Source: Ascidiella aspersa (lineage: Eukaryota). Taken from it: DNA of 64,000 nt. Shown here piece after piece: positions 53,301 to 63,413 of the stretch. A program made the position numbers and the translations under genes. The notes under the pieces were generated by a model. That model saw only the letters and a list, made by a program, of their open reading frames with translations, had not been told where the DNA came from and ran no database searches. The DNA lies in assembly GCA_963924565.1 (NCBI GenBank), contig OZ004611.1, forward strand, positions 26,412,001 to 26,476,000, written 5' to 3'. The number at the start of each line of letters is the position of its first letter. Within the stretch, counting starts at the first letter, position 1.

Positions 53301-55167
53301 ATCTATTACTAATTATATACTATGTAAATCACGCTACAGTTAAAGCTTTTTTAGTTCACAAGAGTCACACATAACAAATTGACAACGACTTAGGCAAGTT
53401 GTACTGAGCAGTGACCACTATGGGCCGACATAAGAAGGGTGAAGCCCAAGGCCCACCACAACAACGTAACATGACCAACCGAAGTTATCTATCTAAAAAA
53501 AAATTAAGATAAAATCTGTCTACAGATATAACCGCTGGTGCCAAACTATTTTAATTTCTTAGAGTAAAATTTACATAGTGTTTATTTTGTGAACATAATC
53601 TTGTGTCCGTTAAGTTCACAATACAATGCGAAGACAAGCTTTGCTTTGTCTAAAGCAGGGGCGTGCAACTGTTTATCGCAGAGGGCTATAATGTATAATT
53701 ATGTTGGTGGTGCGGGCCGGACAATCGAACAACAGATATATATTTTAGACAATTTTTTTATTGGAAAACCGTGTAGAATCAAGTTACTCCTTAAGCGATT
53801 AATGAGATGTGTGATATCTTTTCTCACCAGAGATCTTGTTAGTTTTGGCAGAAGTGCCAACTCGAAGATCACTTAACAAGTGCTCATCTGTGAGCTGATT
53901 CTGAATTTTGTCTTGAACAGGCTTTCCTTTTTTGGCAATTGCTGTCGATAACTTATAGCCAGCCCAGTTTTATAACAAGCTCAACGTCTTTCTTATAACA
54001 ATGAAATACCTCTTGTTGTTTGCTCAAAGACTTTTCAATTGCAGCATTTTATCAACCCGCAATTGACCTACAACGCTATCATAATTAGCAGAGTGTTTTT
54101 AACTATGGTGTCCCTTAGAAATTATACTCTTTTATTACTGATATAACGTTTTGACAAAGCAGGCAAACTACATCTTGCTTGAATTTCCACCTATAATAAT
54201 CAACCTTTCTTTTTTGCCAGCAAAACAAGGCAGTTTTACTACAATGCACACTATGACGCAATATTGGAGGTTCGGACAGTGTGACGTAATACAAATTGAT
54301 AAATGCCAATTATTCCGTTACAAATAACTTCTTAAACAGTGAAAATTTTTAAAAAACAATGGGCTACTTGACGAAGTCTGTGCGGGCCACGTAAATAGGT
54401 CTCGCGGGCCGTGCTGTGGCCCGCGGGCCGTATGATGCACGCCTCTGGTCTAAAGCTAAAAAACATGATGAATTAGTTTGAAAAATAAATAAAGCAATGT
54501 TATTTAATGTGAACTGTGGTTGGAACAATAAACAGAATGAAAACACTCCAATAGGCCTCTGATTACCATACAGCCCCACGTCCATGTAAACCTTAATCCC
54601 TCCCTGGTCCATGGTTGTCTAAGCCTGTAGCTCTGCACAATATCGCTTTATGAACGCGTAAAAGTGATTACCAGCTTACTACTTTCACAATCCATTGTTA
54701 TTATGTAATAATAATGCATTGTTTTACAATCTGGGTCAAAAAACTCATATATAAATAAATAAAGTTTTTCACACCTCTGTCAAAGTGAAATAATTGATAA
54801 AAAACACTTTTAGAAACTTTTAGAAACTAAAATAAGACAAAGCCCACAACTCTAAAATAAGCACGTTTCTTAGAAATAAGCGCAATCGTGTTTTCTAAGA
54901 CACTGCACCCAAACAAATCTTAGAAATAAGCATGGTATGGCAACCCTGGCTATATCTAAATACAAAATTTAACCACTGCATTTATGTTTCGCGTTTGTTA
55001 TTTGTTTTGTTTTTTATTTGGTTCAATCAATCTTTTGTTTTCAGGTCGGATACTACATGGCACCGTCATCAATCACCCATTGTTGCGTCAACGCCGATGA
55101 CGACACAGTCGTAATTGCCGACATCGGTGGTCGTCTGCACGTCATCAAAATTACGACGTCACTCTAG
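13515..55167 (+). CDS. TEP1: Telomerase protein component 1 / vault TEP1, complete, ~48 coding exons
   Basis: Exons (approx.): 13515-14057, 14439-14588, 15674-15808, 17866-~18027, 18338-18428, 18570-18613, 18834-18940, 19645-19802, 20388-20497, 20979-21069, 21542-21689, 22429-22592, 23181-23306, 23872-24067, 25039-25138, 25842-26049, 27170-27355, 27982-28094, 28323-28457, 28772-28966, 29709-29911, 30404-30513, 30695-30846, 31904-32034, 32683-32829, 33525-33728, 34426-34566, 35569-35711, 36176-36302, 37572-37708, 38034-38160, 38979-39157, 39753-40069, 40965-41234, 42143-42279, 42571-42710, 43749-43934, 44809-44951, 46202-46478, 47435-47595, 48118-48269, 48738-48861, 50011-50138, 50888-51037, 51331-51412, 51972-52093, 52376-52480, 55045-55167 (TAG). 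The domain order TROVE, vWA-like, DUF4062, NACHT, multiple WD40 is diagnostic. The start codon is less certain than the rest. Confidence 0.93.
15674..22592 (+). CDS. TEP1: TEP1 TROVE (Ro60-like RNA-binding) domain exons
   Basis: DPEFVLKVALYTRQELNVRATANFLLA...SVQLPSDW; LPAALRKAMVKKFADFDEYQLAKYN; FTLKKLIGQLHI; GTRMKLAIPNTWETQVSLKGNKPETWESLI; LPYMATLRNIRNLL; SRQFPFRYLSAY. Confidence 0.92.
15831..16561. mobile_element. Full-length non-autonomous hAT MITE
   Basis: 21-bp TIR TAGGGATGTTCAAAGTAGAAT / ATTCTACTTTGAACATCCCTA; 8-bp TSD CTACTGTT; second copy at 4305. Confidence 0.9.
16951..17094 (+). ncRNA. Candidate structured RNA (unassigned), in TEP1 intron 3
   Basis: GC-rich island with four consecutive hairpins, a loop AAGTCCA complementary to a downstream TGGACTT, and a terminal T6. 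No family recognised. Confidence 0.3.
23342..23388. repeat. (TA)n microsatellite
   Basis: Imperfect TA run directly visible. Confidence 0.9.
24108..24229 (-). mobile_element. Fold-back element (family B) carrying an intact minimal hammerhead ribozyme on the minus strand (24149-24186)
   Basis: Termini TAGGGTAACCAGG / CCTGATTACCCTA. Minus strand reads UUGAC-CUGACGA-A-GCAC-GGUU-GUGC-GAAA-GCUU-GUCGA. Confidence 0.75.
25842..28457 (+). CDS. TEP1: TEP1 DUF4062 domain exons
   Basis: IRVFVSSTLKDMLGERNILSSYVFPELR...DLRWGI...[24 protein letters not shown]...SITEIEIYQGAL...AFFYIRD. Confidence 0.9.
26670..26906. mobile_element. Degenerate fold-back element related to the hammerhead element at 34731
   Basis: Long imperfect palindrome. 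It shares CCTGTATAGG, a decayed core (CTAATAA...CAAAACGTC on minus) and the tail GAAGAGC...TATGCCTGGYAGCAA with 34731-34984. Confidence 0.6.
26911..27061 (-). mobile_element. tRNA-derived SINE (tRNA-like head 27060-26986)
   Basis: Minus strand GCCTGCATAGCTCAGTTGGTCAAGC...GTGAGTTCGAACCTCACCGCAGGC has an A box, B box and cloverleaf, but an abnormal anticodon loop. Its body is shared with 52637-52783. Confidence 0.75.
27766..27910. mobile_element. Fold-back element family B with near-intact minus-strand hammerhead core
   Basis: CAGGTGGCACTGTATAAAGACAAATTG...CAATTGTCTTTTCATATTGCCACCTG. Minus strand has CUGAUGA-A-GCAC-GGUU-AUGC-GAAA-GCUU; the plus arm lacks CUGA. Confidence 0.7.
28596..28790 (+). 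repeat. Three ~65-bp tandem units covering a TEP1 3' splice site
   Basis: Units TACTCC...TTTTAAAATCTTTAT..AG GARTT.AARGAAAA; the third contains the real acceptor (exon starts at 28772). Confidence 0.75.
29709..34566 (+). CDS. TEP1: TEP1 NACHT/STAND NTPase exons
   Basis: FVGR motif, Walker A GPMGCGKT, Walker B YIFIDDLD, WLPAKLPPGVVLVVT and the GSSNPLYL (GxP-type) motif. Confidence 0.9.
31028..31676. mobile_element. Long fold-back MITE inserted in TA repeat
   Basis: Termini TTAGGGTTGTT...GTCAAATTTCAGTGGG / CCCACTGAAATTTGAC...AACAACCCTAA, plus ~160-bp inner inverted arms (31200-31350 vs 31465-31625); TA-dinucleotide flanks. Confidence 0.85.
32084..32478. mobile_element. Degraded MITE rich in CCGATA motifs (related copies ~33789-34190, ~38279-38621, ~57320-57493)
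   Basis: TAGGGATTTCCGA...TCGGACACCCCT-like ends and repeated CCGATA/TATCGG motifs shared among the copies. Confidence 0.55.
34731..34984. mobile_element. Penelope-like fold-back element (family A): ~80-bp inverted arms, each with a minimal hammerhead core
   Basis: Arms 34731-34810 and 34876-34955 are near-perfect inverted repeats. Core (C/T)TGATGA-R-GACG-ACCTGTATAGGA-CGTC-GAAAC(G/T)TC is followed by AATAAA; unpaired 3' tail to ~34984. Confidence 0.75.
35054..35212. mobile_element. Fold-back element family B, internally deleted
   Basis: TAGGGTAAATAGGTGG...TATATAAAGACAAATTGTATT / AATACAATTTGTCGTTATATAGTGCCACCTAATTAGCCTA; the ribozyme core is largely lost. Confidence 0.7.
36520..36654. mobile_element. 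Short hAT-like MITE; inverted copy at ~57108-57221
   Basis: ~115 bp nearly identical in reverse complement to 57108-57221; CAGTGTTTTTC start; flanks ACCACAAC / GCCACAAC. Confidence 0.7.
38034..55167 (+). CDS. TEP1: TEP1 WD40 repeat exons
   Basis: Repeated GH/AH...S/TG..D..V.xW units, e.g. LSTGLDRQVHIW, LASASEDLTILLW, ATGSNDCSVKLW, FSCGRDGVINFW, VTTSFDRMVKVW. Confidence 0.9.
38729..38912. mobile_element. Imperfect palindromic MITE
   Basis: CCTATACTGGCATCGTTAGTTCCTCAATTC pairs with GAATTAAGGAACTGACGATAGCAGTATAGG; pairing extends outward imperfectly. Confidence 0.6.
40007..40812 (+). repeat. ~390-bp tandem duplication including the 3' end and donor of a TEP1 exon
   Basis: 40007-40393 is colinear with 40394-40812; both contain CTGAAGAGAATTGCCGTGATGCGCGGYAGCAGAAATTCG|GTAATTGATA. 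Confidence 0.9.
41249..41621. mobile_element. hAT-type MITE
   Basis: TIR CATAGGCGCC / GGCGCCTATG; flanks AAAGCAAC / AAAGTAAC (7 of 8 matching). Confidence 0.75.
45474..46214 (+). repeat. ~320-bp tandem units that duplicate a TEP1 acceptor
   Basis: Repeated CTCAGTTTTAC...AGAATAACCCTGTTTATCACAAAT..CCTGACTCGAC blocks; CACAG|GCGACGG occurs at ~45563 (decoy) and 46201 (real). Confidence 0.8.
46552..47045 (+). repeat. Three diverged ~185-bp tandem units
   Basis: ACAATTGCTT..AGTGGAACTGTAC.TAATCC.AATTTT.GAAAA recurs at ~46552, ~46736 and ~46914. Confidence 0.7.
49480..49955. mobile_element. hAT MITE rich in TGACTT motifs (related decayed copies ~23560-23788, ~55861-56152)
   Basis: TIR CAGTGTTGTAA / TTACAACACTG; perfect 8-bp TSD GTATATTG. 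A smaller CAGTGTT...AACACTG element lies adjacent at 49290-49463. Confidence 0.85.
51825..51900. mobile_element. Central remnant of family B fold-back with two decayed hammerhead arms
   Basis: GACAAGCTTTCGCGCAACCGTGCTT (minus arm) followed by TTGAC-CTGATGA-A-GCAC-GGTT-GTAT-GAAA-CGCT (plus arm). Confidence 0.65.
52637..52783 (-). mobile_element. 5'-truncated copy of the tRNA-derived SINE
   Basis: Shares GTACACCGAAAGCCATCGC...TAGCCTGCRGTGAGGTTCGAACTCACGACCTCCGG with 26911-27020. Confidence 0.75.
53656..54447 (-). mobile_element. Internally deleted hAT-Charlie/SPIN-like transposon with transposase N-terminal relic
   Basis: TIR CAGGGGCGTGCA / TGCACGCCTCTG; perfect TSD GTCTAAAG. Minus strand reads KRKVD...VCLLCQNVISVIKEYNF*GHH, resembling the BED-type zinc finger of Charlie/GTF2IRD2-like transposases, with stops. 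Confidence 0.85.
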
Positions 55168-58100
55168 AATGTACGTCATTGTTCTTAAACGCAATCTATA
55201 TATTTAGTTTTTGTAAAAAAATATAACTTTCAGAAAACTGTAAAACTCAACGCCCATATAAAAAGGCCACAGCGCTAGTTTTAGATTTATTATCTATTGT
55301 ATTTTTTTTTATTGATTATTATAATACGCGATTTGATTTTCTGTGCTCTGTAACAAATCTTGTTATATCCCTATTTCTGCAGCGGTTTGCAGTACATAAA
55401 TCTACCTAAAAATTTAAATTTACCAGCTGTACACCTTCTATGCATGACGTTTTTACTAAATTATCAACATTTGTACTTTTTCGTTGAAAATCAATGTGGC
55501 CGTAGTACACTCCTGTTTGTTGCGATTGATTAAATGTGTAGCTTTTGTTTAGCCGTTATTTTAGCTTTGTTGTTGTCATAGATTTATCCGTTAGAGTTTC
55601 GCACAGTTCATGCAAATTCGTTTTTCGCACTTTTTTCACCTTTTCATGATCACCGTCGATTTTGTGAATGAACACTCTCATGTGAATCACCACGTTTGTT
55701 TTGTTTAAAAAGCTTCCACACAGTTTTGGATTTGAACCAGTTGAAAGGCTTTGTTTTCTGTTAGAGATTCAGGCCACAAAAATTGGCTACAAGAAAAGTT
55801 AAAATTAGGAGCTGTTTGTGGTGGCAATTTAATCAAAAAAATATTTATGATACTATTCATCAGTGTTGTAAACAAGTCATTATTGAAAGAGCTGTCCAAA
55901 GTCAAGTAATTTTGAATAAAGAAACAGTCCCAGTCATATCATTATTAGAGTAAGTCAATTTTCAAGTCCTTGTAAAAAACATTTGAACGTTAAACTTTAA
56001 AATTAGTAGCAAACTTAAGATAAATAGCTCAGTTTTGTGGTGTAAAATGCGTAATAATTTTTTTTTATTTCAAAGTCATTTGTCGAAAAGATTCGAGTCA
56101 ATTCAAGCTATTTGAAAACCGTGACTAAAGTGCACTTAATTTACAACAGCTGATGGCATTCATAAACACGAAGCCTTTTTCCGTTGCGAATGTAATACAC
56201 TAAACAAAAAAGAGCCAACTTGGTTTTTAAAAGTAGGCAAAAATAACTGTTGTTTTAGCTTAGCTTAACCCAGGATTTAACCAAGATTGTTAGCATGTGG
56301 GGCTACAATATTATTTACCTATTGTCTGTGGGCCACATGCTGTAGTGTAGGCTAGTAACTCAAGAGCTAAAAAAATACCTTGCCTGTTGTATATTGTAGG
56401 ATGTTTTGTTTTAAATCGTACACAGTACAAAAGCTGGCCCAAAACCAAAAAAAAGTTGTTTTAATCACTAAATAAAACCGTATTCTGCGAGTGACAAAAT
56501 AATATTGGTTAGAACCACCCTGAATCAACAACGCCAATTACATTTCATACGATTTATTCCTAAAAGAACAATTTATATTTATTATTCAGTAGGTTTTTCA
56601 GGATTTCGGTGGTACGAAAAAACTATACGAAACCCTAAAAGTATTAGAATAATAGAATTAAACAATATTGGGCGGGCGAAAATAATATACTGTTGGGCAA
56701 GAATTTTCCACCCTTGCTTCAAAAACGCCAAATTAATTTACAAAAAGTATTTAAAAAACATGATATCATGCATCTAACATTTCTTTAACGATTTGCACAT
56801 GTCATATCTCAACCCGGCGAGTAAATAATCCGTCAACTCGGGTGCGACTTTCCGTAGGCAACTCAAATCCGTCGTGTTTGCGTTGCAAATATTGTGACCA
56901 CAACCCTCCAAATGATATACCTTTCATGGCCAGGTGCTAAGTTAATATTTGAACGGCACAATGTACTGAAAACGTTTGGTCGAAGAAAATATTTAATGTC
57001 GAAGTGTGCCTACTCGTTTTCTTTTATCGGGTGGCACACATCAATTAGCACCCTGGTAACTGCTGTTAAGGCCAATCTTCGATTTACTAGTTCACCGTGT
57101 TCCTTCCCAGGTTTTTTTTTAAGGTTTGGTTTGGGTGACCGCTAAGTAGTTTTAAAAGACCGCAAGTGTTTCATTTAAATACCAAAAAGTTGCAAAATTT
57201 GGGAAACCGCTGGAGAAATTTGAAAAAAAAAAAATTCAAAACACCTTCCTACGGGTGCCTGATATGATTTGCGATCCAAAACAAAGTTAAATTTGTCAAA
57301 AAATCTGTACATATAGTTGATGCCAAACTTTTGTAGCAAATTGTGACCGAATAACCAGGAAAAAATACCTAATTTTAATTTCCTAACTTGTGCATGTTTG
57401 ATCATATTACTGACGTCATTTGTTATTGTAGCATGATATTTTTGTATAAAATATCGGGTATCGGTATAGGAATAACAAGAATCGGACGCCTCTATTCATC
57501 ACTATCAATGCTCAAATGCTTTTTATGTCTATAGCTCCAGGTATATTTTGTACCGAGCTTAAGAAATTATTTTCAGAATAGCACAGAAAGTCGGTTACTG
57601 CCTAAAGTGCATTTTGGATTGAAAATTTCACCACTTTATTTTGTTAAAATGATGCCGAAGTTAAATTTTTGTGGTCAGTTCAGGTATATGTAGTGCTAAG
57701 ATTTAAATCATAATTATAATAAAAAAATCGTACAAAAAAATGTAACTGCCTCTGGTTGTTTTTGATTAAAAGAAACCTCGGTTTTAGGCTGCAGTGATAC
57801 ATGAGGATTAAGCCATTAGGGAAAATTATTAAAACTAATCCAACGAAATGTGGATACATGCACGAGGTTAACTTTCGATTAAAAAAGGCACTACTTGTTC
57901 AAGTAAAATATTGCTAAAGTTATGATTGTTTACTCACCGACGAAGTGATATGTTGTAGCCTACCCAACTTTTTGGCATTGAAATGACAAGCAATTTGTAT
58001 AATAACCTAATTAAGTAATGATTCAATAAACTCTAACAAAATTCCTAGCTAGAAACTGCTGCGCAAGTCATCACCACAACAGCTTCCAGCAAACGCTCAT

Positions 58101-58254
58101 TTTTACCATTGCGCCTAGTGATACCGCCGGTTTATTTCGAGCCCTGCAAGTCTCGCGGGGAGCGCCGACGTATCAATGGTTAACAAAGCGAGGGGAGCGA
58201 AACACGAAACAATGCGCGGCTATTCGAGGGCCATTATACTCATTGTGTCCGCCT

Positions 58255-58268
58255 GTAGCTATAGCAAC
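58255..58268. promoter_or_regulatory. RFX X-box in the GC-rich upstream region of the EF-hand gene
   Basis: GTAGCTATAGCAAC fits GTHNYY-AT-RRNAAC. It lies in a CpG-rich patch followed by a plausible 5'UTR donor (GTG|GTAAGG, ~58729) and acceptor (~60162). Confidence 0.5.
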
Positions 58269-60402
58269 ATGGATTTCTGAACCTAGGCGTTTCGACACAC
58301 AGGGCCAGGCAGATAGGTATGGCAGTCAGGCTCGGGACAATGCGTTCTGTGGGCATTGTGCGCGCCGAATATATGCCAAATTTGTTACAAATATCAATAT
58401 GCGAAGTTTGGCCGGCAAATATTGTGGCCTCCATAGTACGTGACCTGTTGTTTGGCAGCGGCATTTAAACTACTGGAGTTACAGGTTTTAGCTGCGAGCC
58501 GGGCACGCTGTGTGATTTGAGGACACCTTTGGATACTGTTTGCGATGAGTTTGTGCTGTATTTTTTTGTAATATTTAGGATCCTGACAGCAATATTTGTT
58601 GTTTTAATTGAAATATGGCAGTTAATTATGACAAATGAAACTCGGATTGGCCGATTAAAGTTTGCATAAGAGTTCCCTTTGCGGCCCTCAAATCGTTATG
58701 ATTTATGCGAAAAAGATAATTCGGATGTGGTAAGGTTTGGTTAAAAATATCTCCCACAGCGATTATTGCAGCTTAGCGACGTCTAAAAGTATAGTTTGGT
58801 GTAAATGTATCTCTTTTTACCTTTCATTGGTTTTACTCATATATTACTATTGTAACGTAATTTATTGTTATGTTCGTCAATGGAAGATTTAGTTGTTGTA
58901 GAAATATTTTCACAGCGTCCCACGATAGTTCAGTCTACAGACCAAAACTGGCCTAATTATGCCATTTCCCAATTGATGATAGTTCGTTGGAGAGCATTTG
59001 TAAAGGCTTCGTTTTATCCCTATACAACGTTTAGCGGTTGGTTGATGAATATTTAAACTAGAAATTGTGTATGTGTATTTATAATCTAATAACATCAATA
59101 TCTTCTGCTAACCATAACGTTATTTAAAGACTATAGTTAGTTGATAAGTGTCAGGCTTAATACCGAGGTTCAAATGCTAGAAAGCATAACTTATAGGACA
59201 ACCAAATATTGCTTTTGGTGGCATCCCTAACGTAATTTTAATTGGCTACGCGGGGCGTCAAACTAATCCTCGTCTAGACGAACTTTTCTGTAAATAACAT
59301 CTCCGCGGGGGTAACCTTGGATTTCAACCTTCGCCTTGCTTTTGACGCGGTTCTAGTCTCAGAGAGTGTTTTATGTTGGTTAGTTCCAGCATCACTTCAA
59401 ACAGTGTAAGGCCCATAGACGGACGCTCGTGAGTGGCGGTACTAAGCGGCGATAGTTGTTGGACATTCAAGTGTTCTTTAAAATCCAAATAATGTCCCAC
59501 TTTACCTGTTAATCAAAGCAAAAAATGCATCAATTTGCGCTGTGGCAGAGAAAAATAATCAACAGCGTTGATAAATGCCAAGTTTAATTTCCACTTCTGG
59601 CCAATCACCCAACAAATTCGAACGATATACTGAAAATTATTGAACATAACAATCAAATTACCCTCAAAGATAGGGAAGTAGCAGCCGTCGAGTATTAAAG
59701 CAGCTTATGAAATATTGTGACTCAGGTAGCTTTTACAGGTAGACGACGTGACAGAAACGTATAAAAATAAGACTTTTTCGATAAAAAAATATAATCAAGA
59801 CTTTTTTCGACGTTTAAACTTTTAAACCAGAAAAAAACAGCAACAACACGGAAATCCGTTTTTTGTGAAAGATAAATAAGTTTCACGCAAATGGGAGCAT
59901 TTTGATCGTATACCTACACAAATGCATTTAGCGTTACAAATTTATAAACTTACTGTATTTTCCATCTTATTATCTTTAGCTTGATTGCTCATTATAAAAT
60001 GAAACCTATATACTTCAAACGTATACCAACTTGACCCACGTTGCGTGTTCTCTACAAAGAAACAAGTTGCTTCTATTGAAAGTGAAATTTATATTTTATT
60101 TTTAAACTAAATTATTTGGGTCCCTAAGTATTTTGGGTTATAATGTTTTTAACGTGTTGCAGGTGGCATACTCACGTGAAAACAACCACGCTTTGTGCCA
60201 CATAACTTAGTTAAATCGCATTAACTTGTCTTTGAGTGTTGCATATTTACTTTGAAACAAGATGCTATACGGGAAGTGACATCTCTAAACTATATAATAA
60301 TTATTATATATGAAACCTCATTATTCGTGCTCCATGTTCTGAACAGTCAGATAAATGTTATACCGAAATGTCGCAGGTTGCATATTCACTTAGAAACCAG
60401 TC

Positions 60403-63400
60403 ATGTCGCATACTGTAATGAGCGGTGGCCACGGTTCCGGCGCCGGTCTCCTGCCGCGAATCGAGCACCCCCTGTCCCGGCTGGACCGGCCCGAGACCAT
60501 GTCGGTTCGGGGCATGAGCCGAGCCAGGAGCCGGACCGGTAATGACTTCACAGCGGAAGTAAAGCGAATGAGCCGCGCCCGGTCGGTGACCATGAGCCCG
60601 CGAAGAAAGGACCTGGATCCAAAGATGCCGGTTCCAGCCATTCCCGAAGGTGTTGAAGTTGTGCGTTCGGCAGACCAGAGCAAACCAACGCTGCCCGTGT
60701 TCGGTATGTCGATTTGTATGTTGTTCTTTTTCGTTTTTTGGAAGAATCAATGACGTATATTTTGTACTAATTTAAGGTTCCAGCAGCGACCTATCCTTTT
60801 CTAGTACGTGGCTTGGCATTGAGATCATGTTTTAATTCGGCAAAGCTCAAACAACTTACATAGCTTTTTCTATCTTGCTTCTTGTTCTTTTCGCATTCCT
60901 TTACGGCTTTTTAACGCAAAACGATCTTAACAATGTTAGAAATAAATAAGTGAAGGACGCTGACGTTCAATCCTTTGGCCCAAACAGTTAACGACGAAAT
61001 CGATTTGAGTTTTTTGATTTGTTTATCTTATTTAAGATTTGCAAACGCTTGTTAAATAACGAACGAAGTTTATTTTTGTCTGTTTAACCTATGGTCATGG
61101 CCTTGTACACATTCCTACCTTGTTTAGAAATGTCAATGCGCAACTGAAATTGTAAGCATCAGTCGTGAACTAAGCTTTAATTTGTAGTATAGGCGTTATG
61201 AATAACGTATGAAGTATCGTTTCAAGTTGCACTTAAACTAAATTATTCTATAAACCAGAGACTGATTTTACTTTATATAACATATGCCTAACCAATACCG
61301 TTTTCGACTTCTTAGCAGCCTACAAGGATCAGTCAGGTAACATTAAGTCATTTCATTAACATCTGTATCAATGTATAGAAAAACTAAATGCATGTCCATA
61401 GGTGTATTGTATCATGTCATTCCCCTTCTAATAATAGACGTATGCCTATATAACGGTGAAACTCAAATACCAAACTGCATGATGTATTAGAATGACAATT
61501 TATGCGTATAGGTCTAACTCTAATACTTTTTTGTTATTTACATTATTTTACATGGTAAGGTGTGGACTTTTGCAATTTATACCCACCTGGTAACATGTGT
61601 ATATATAGTTATTGACCAATTGTAAATAAAATAACTTCTAAATAGAGAACCAAATTATCTTGCAGATAATTTGGATAGTGTTTGGTATCAATTTAGTTGG
61701 CCTATAGCCACTGTAATGCCGCATTTCGCATTTATTTCTGTGTTATGTTTATGAAAGTAAGATGGCCGCAACTTGGTCTTGCAATATAAATGAATTTTGT
61801 AAATCAGACGCTTTTATAAAAGCAAGTTTATTACTAAAAACTGTTTGGTTTAAGATTTTAAGGGATGAGAAAAGTCAGAAGTATTTGTACTCAACAAAAA
61901 GCAAAGGCGCCGTTTTCCTATCAAATAAGTGTTATTTGTTGCGTTTTTCGAACGTTCGTTGTTTTTACCCAATCCAATGTATTTAATTATCCTTCAACTC
62001 GTTTGAACTCGTAGGCAATCGAGCAGTGATGAGTCGGGCTGAGTCGCGTGCGAGTAATACGAGTAAGATGTCGGCTTTGTCGAGACCCGGAACTCAAGCT
62101 CGGATCGAAGTTGATGAGGTATGTTTATTGTTATTTAAACTGTTGACAAAGCACCGTAATCATTTAATCTCACAGTGAAATCAAATCCAAAGCTCTTTTT
62201 CACTATTTGGAAAAAGTGACGTATATTTGTATTCGAGCAAACTTTAAACCATGAACACCCAGCATCCGTAATAATGTGATACAACCGGTATGTGGTTCGT
62301 CTAAATCTGTGGTTCCCAACCAGGGGGGGATTTTGTAATTTGTAGGGGGGAATTTGTGTCACAATATTAATCAAATAGGGTACAAAGAGGCACAAAGAGG
62401 AATATTAGAAGGTATAAAGCTTAAAATCGAGAGATTAATTTCTGTTCTAAGAATTACATTAAAATTATAATGTAAACGATATTTATAAAACTAAATTTCT
62501 ATGGTTATTAGAAAGTCCGACATAAATGTAAAATACCTACATAGAAAAAGCAAGTGTGTTTAAGGACCGGGGCATTTTTTTGTAAAACGGTAAAAAGTAT
62601 AGATGAAGCACGGCTGGAAACATTTCAACTTTATTTAACCTCCGCAGCTTGAAATGGCGCTCCGTAACAAGATACGCACCGGAGGATACTTCGCCATTCG
62701 TCAAGCGTTTAAGAACAACGACCCCGAAGGAAAGGGCAACGTAACACGGGAAGCATTGCTTCACATCATTTCCACATTTCTCGGCAAAATGATCCCGTCA
62801 AAGCTATTCCATCTTCTGCTAAAAAGGTAAGTCTTGTTGTGGTAAAACGAATACGGGAGTATCTTAACTTTAAGCGCAATTTTCAATTATATACTCAACA
62901 GGTTTCTAAGGGTTTTAAAACTACTTTTAACGTGTCTAGGTTAAAACAAGACTGTGATTAATTCCATATTAAACATATTTATTTGCAGTTTGTAAGTTGA
63001 AAGGTAGGCCTGTCACGCCAAAATTGGTCCGGCCAAAACTGGTCCGGTCGGATCGATTTTGGCGTTGGAACAGCCGCTAAAACAGGTCTGGCTAGGGTTA
63101 GGGTTAGGCCGGACCAGTTTTGGCCTAGCCGGACCTGTTTTAGCGACTGTTCCAACGGCAAAATTGATCCGACTTTTAGTTCAAAACGGTCTATGAAGGT
63201 TCGAATATATACAAAATAGACAAACGTCTTTAACCGTACTTCTAAGCCTGTTTTGTTTTGATACGTCGCAGATTGCATTTGGAAAATCAGAGCATCGTCA
63301 AATTTGACGAATTCTACGCCCAGTTTCGCGAGAGCGTGTCTTCAGAATATCCGAGATGGTTGGATCCAATTGCGCGGATGCAAGCTGAACGATCAACCAT

Positions 63401-63413
63401 GTCAGCTAGCCAG
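60403..63413 (+). CDS. EFCAB6: EF-hand calcium-binding domain protein, probably EFCAB6-like; 5' part, continues beyond window
   Basis: Phase-compatible exons 60403-60703, 62015-62118, 62648-62826 and 63272-63413. An S/R-rich N-terminus is followed by IRQAFKNNDPEGKGNVTREAL (EF-hand loop) and IVKFDEFYAQF (second helix-loop-helix). The exon structure is firm; the symbol is from recall and is tentative. Confidence 0.6.
63006..63172. mobile_element. Fold-back element with TTAGGG repeats in its spacer
   Basis: ~49-bp arms TCGGATCGATTTTGGCGTTGGAACAGCCGCTAAAACAGGTCTGGCTAGG / CCTAGCCGGACCTGTTTTAGCGACTGTTCCAACGGCAAAATTGATCCGA around GGGTTAGGGTTAGG. Confidence 0.7.
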
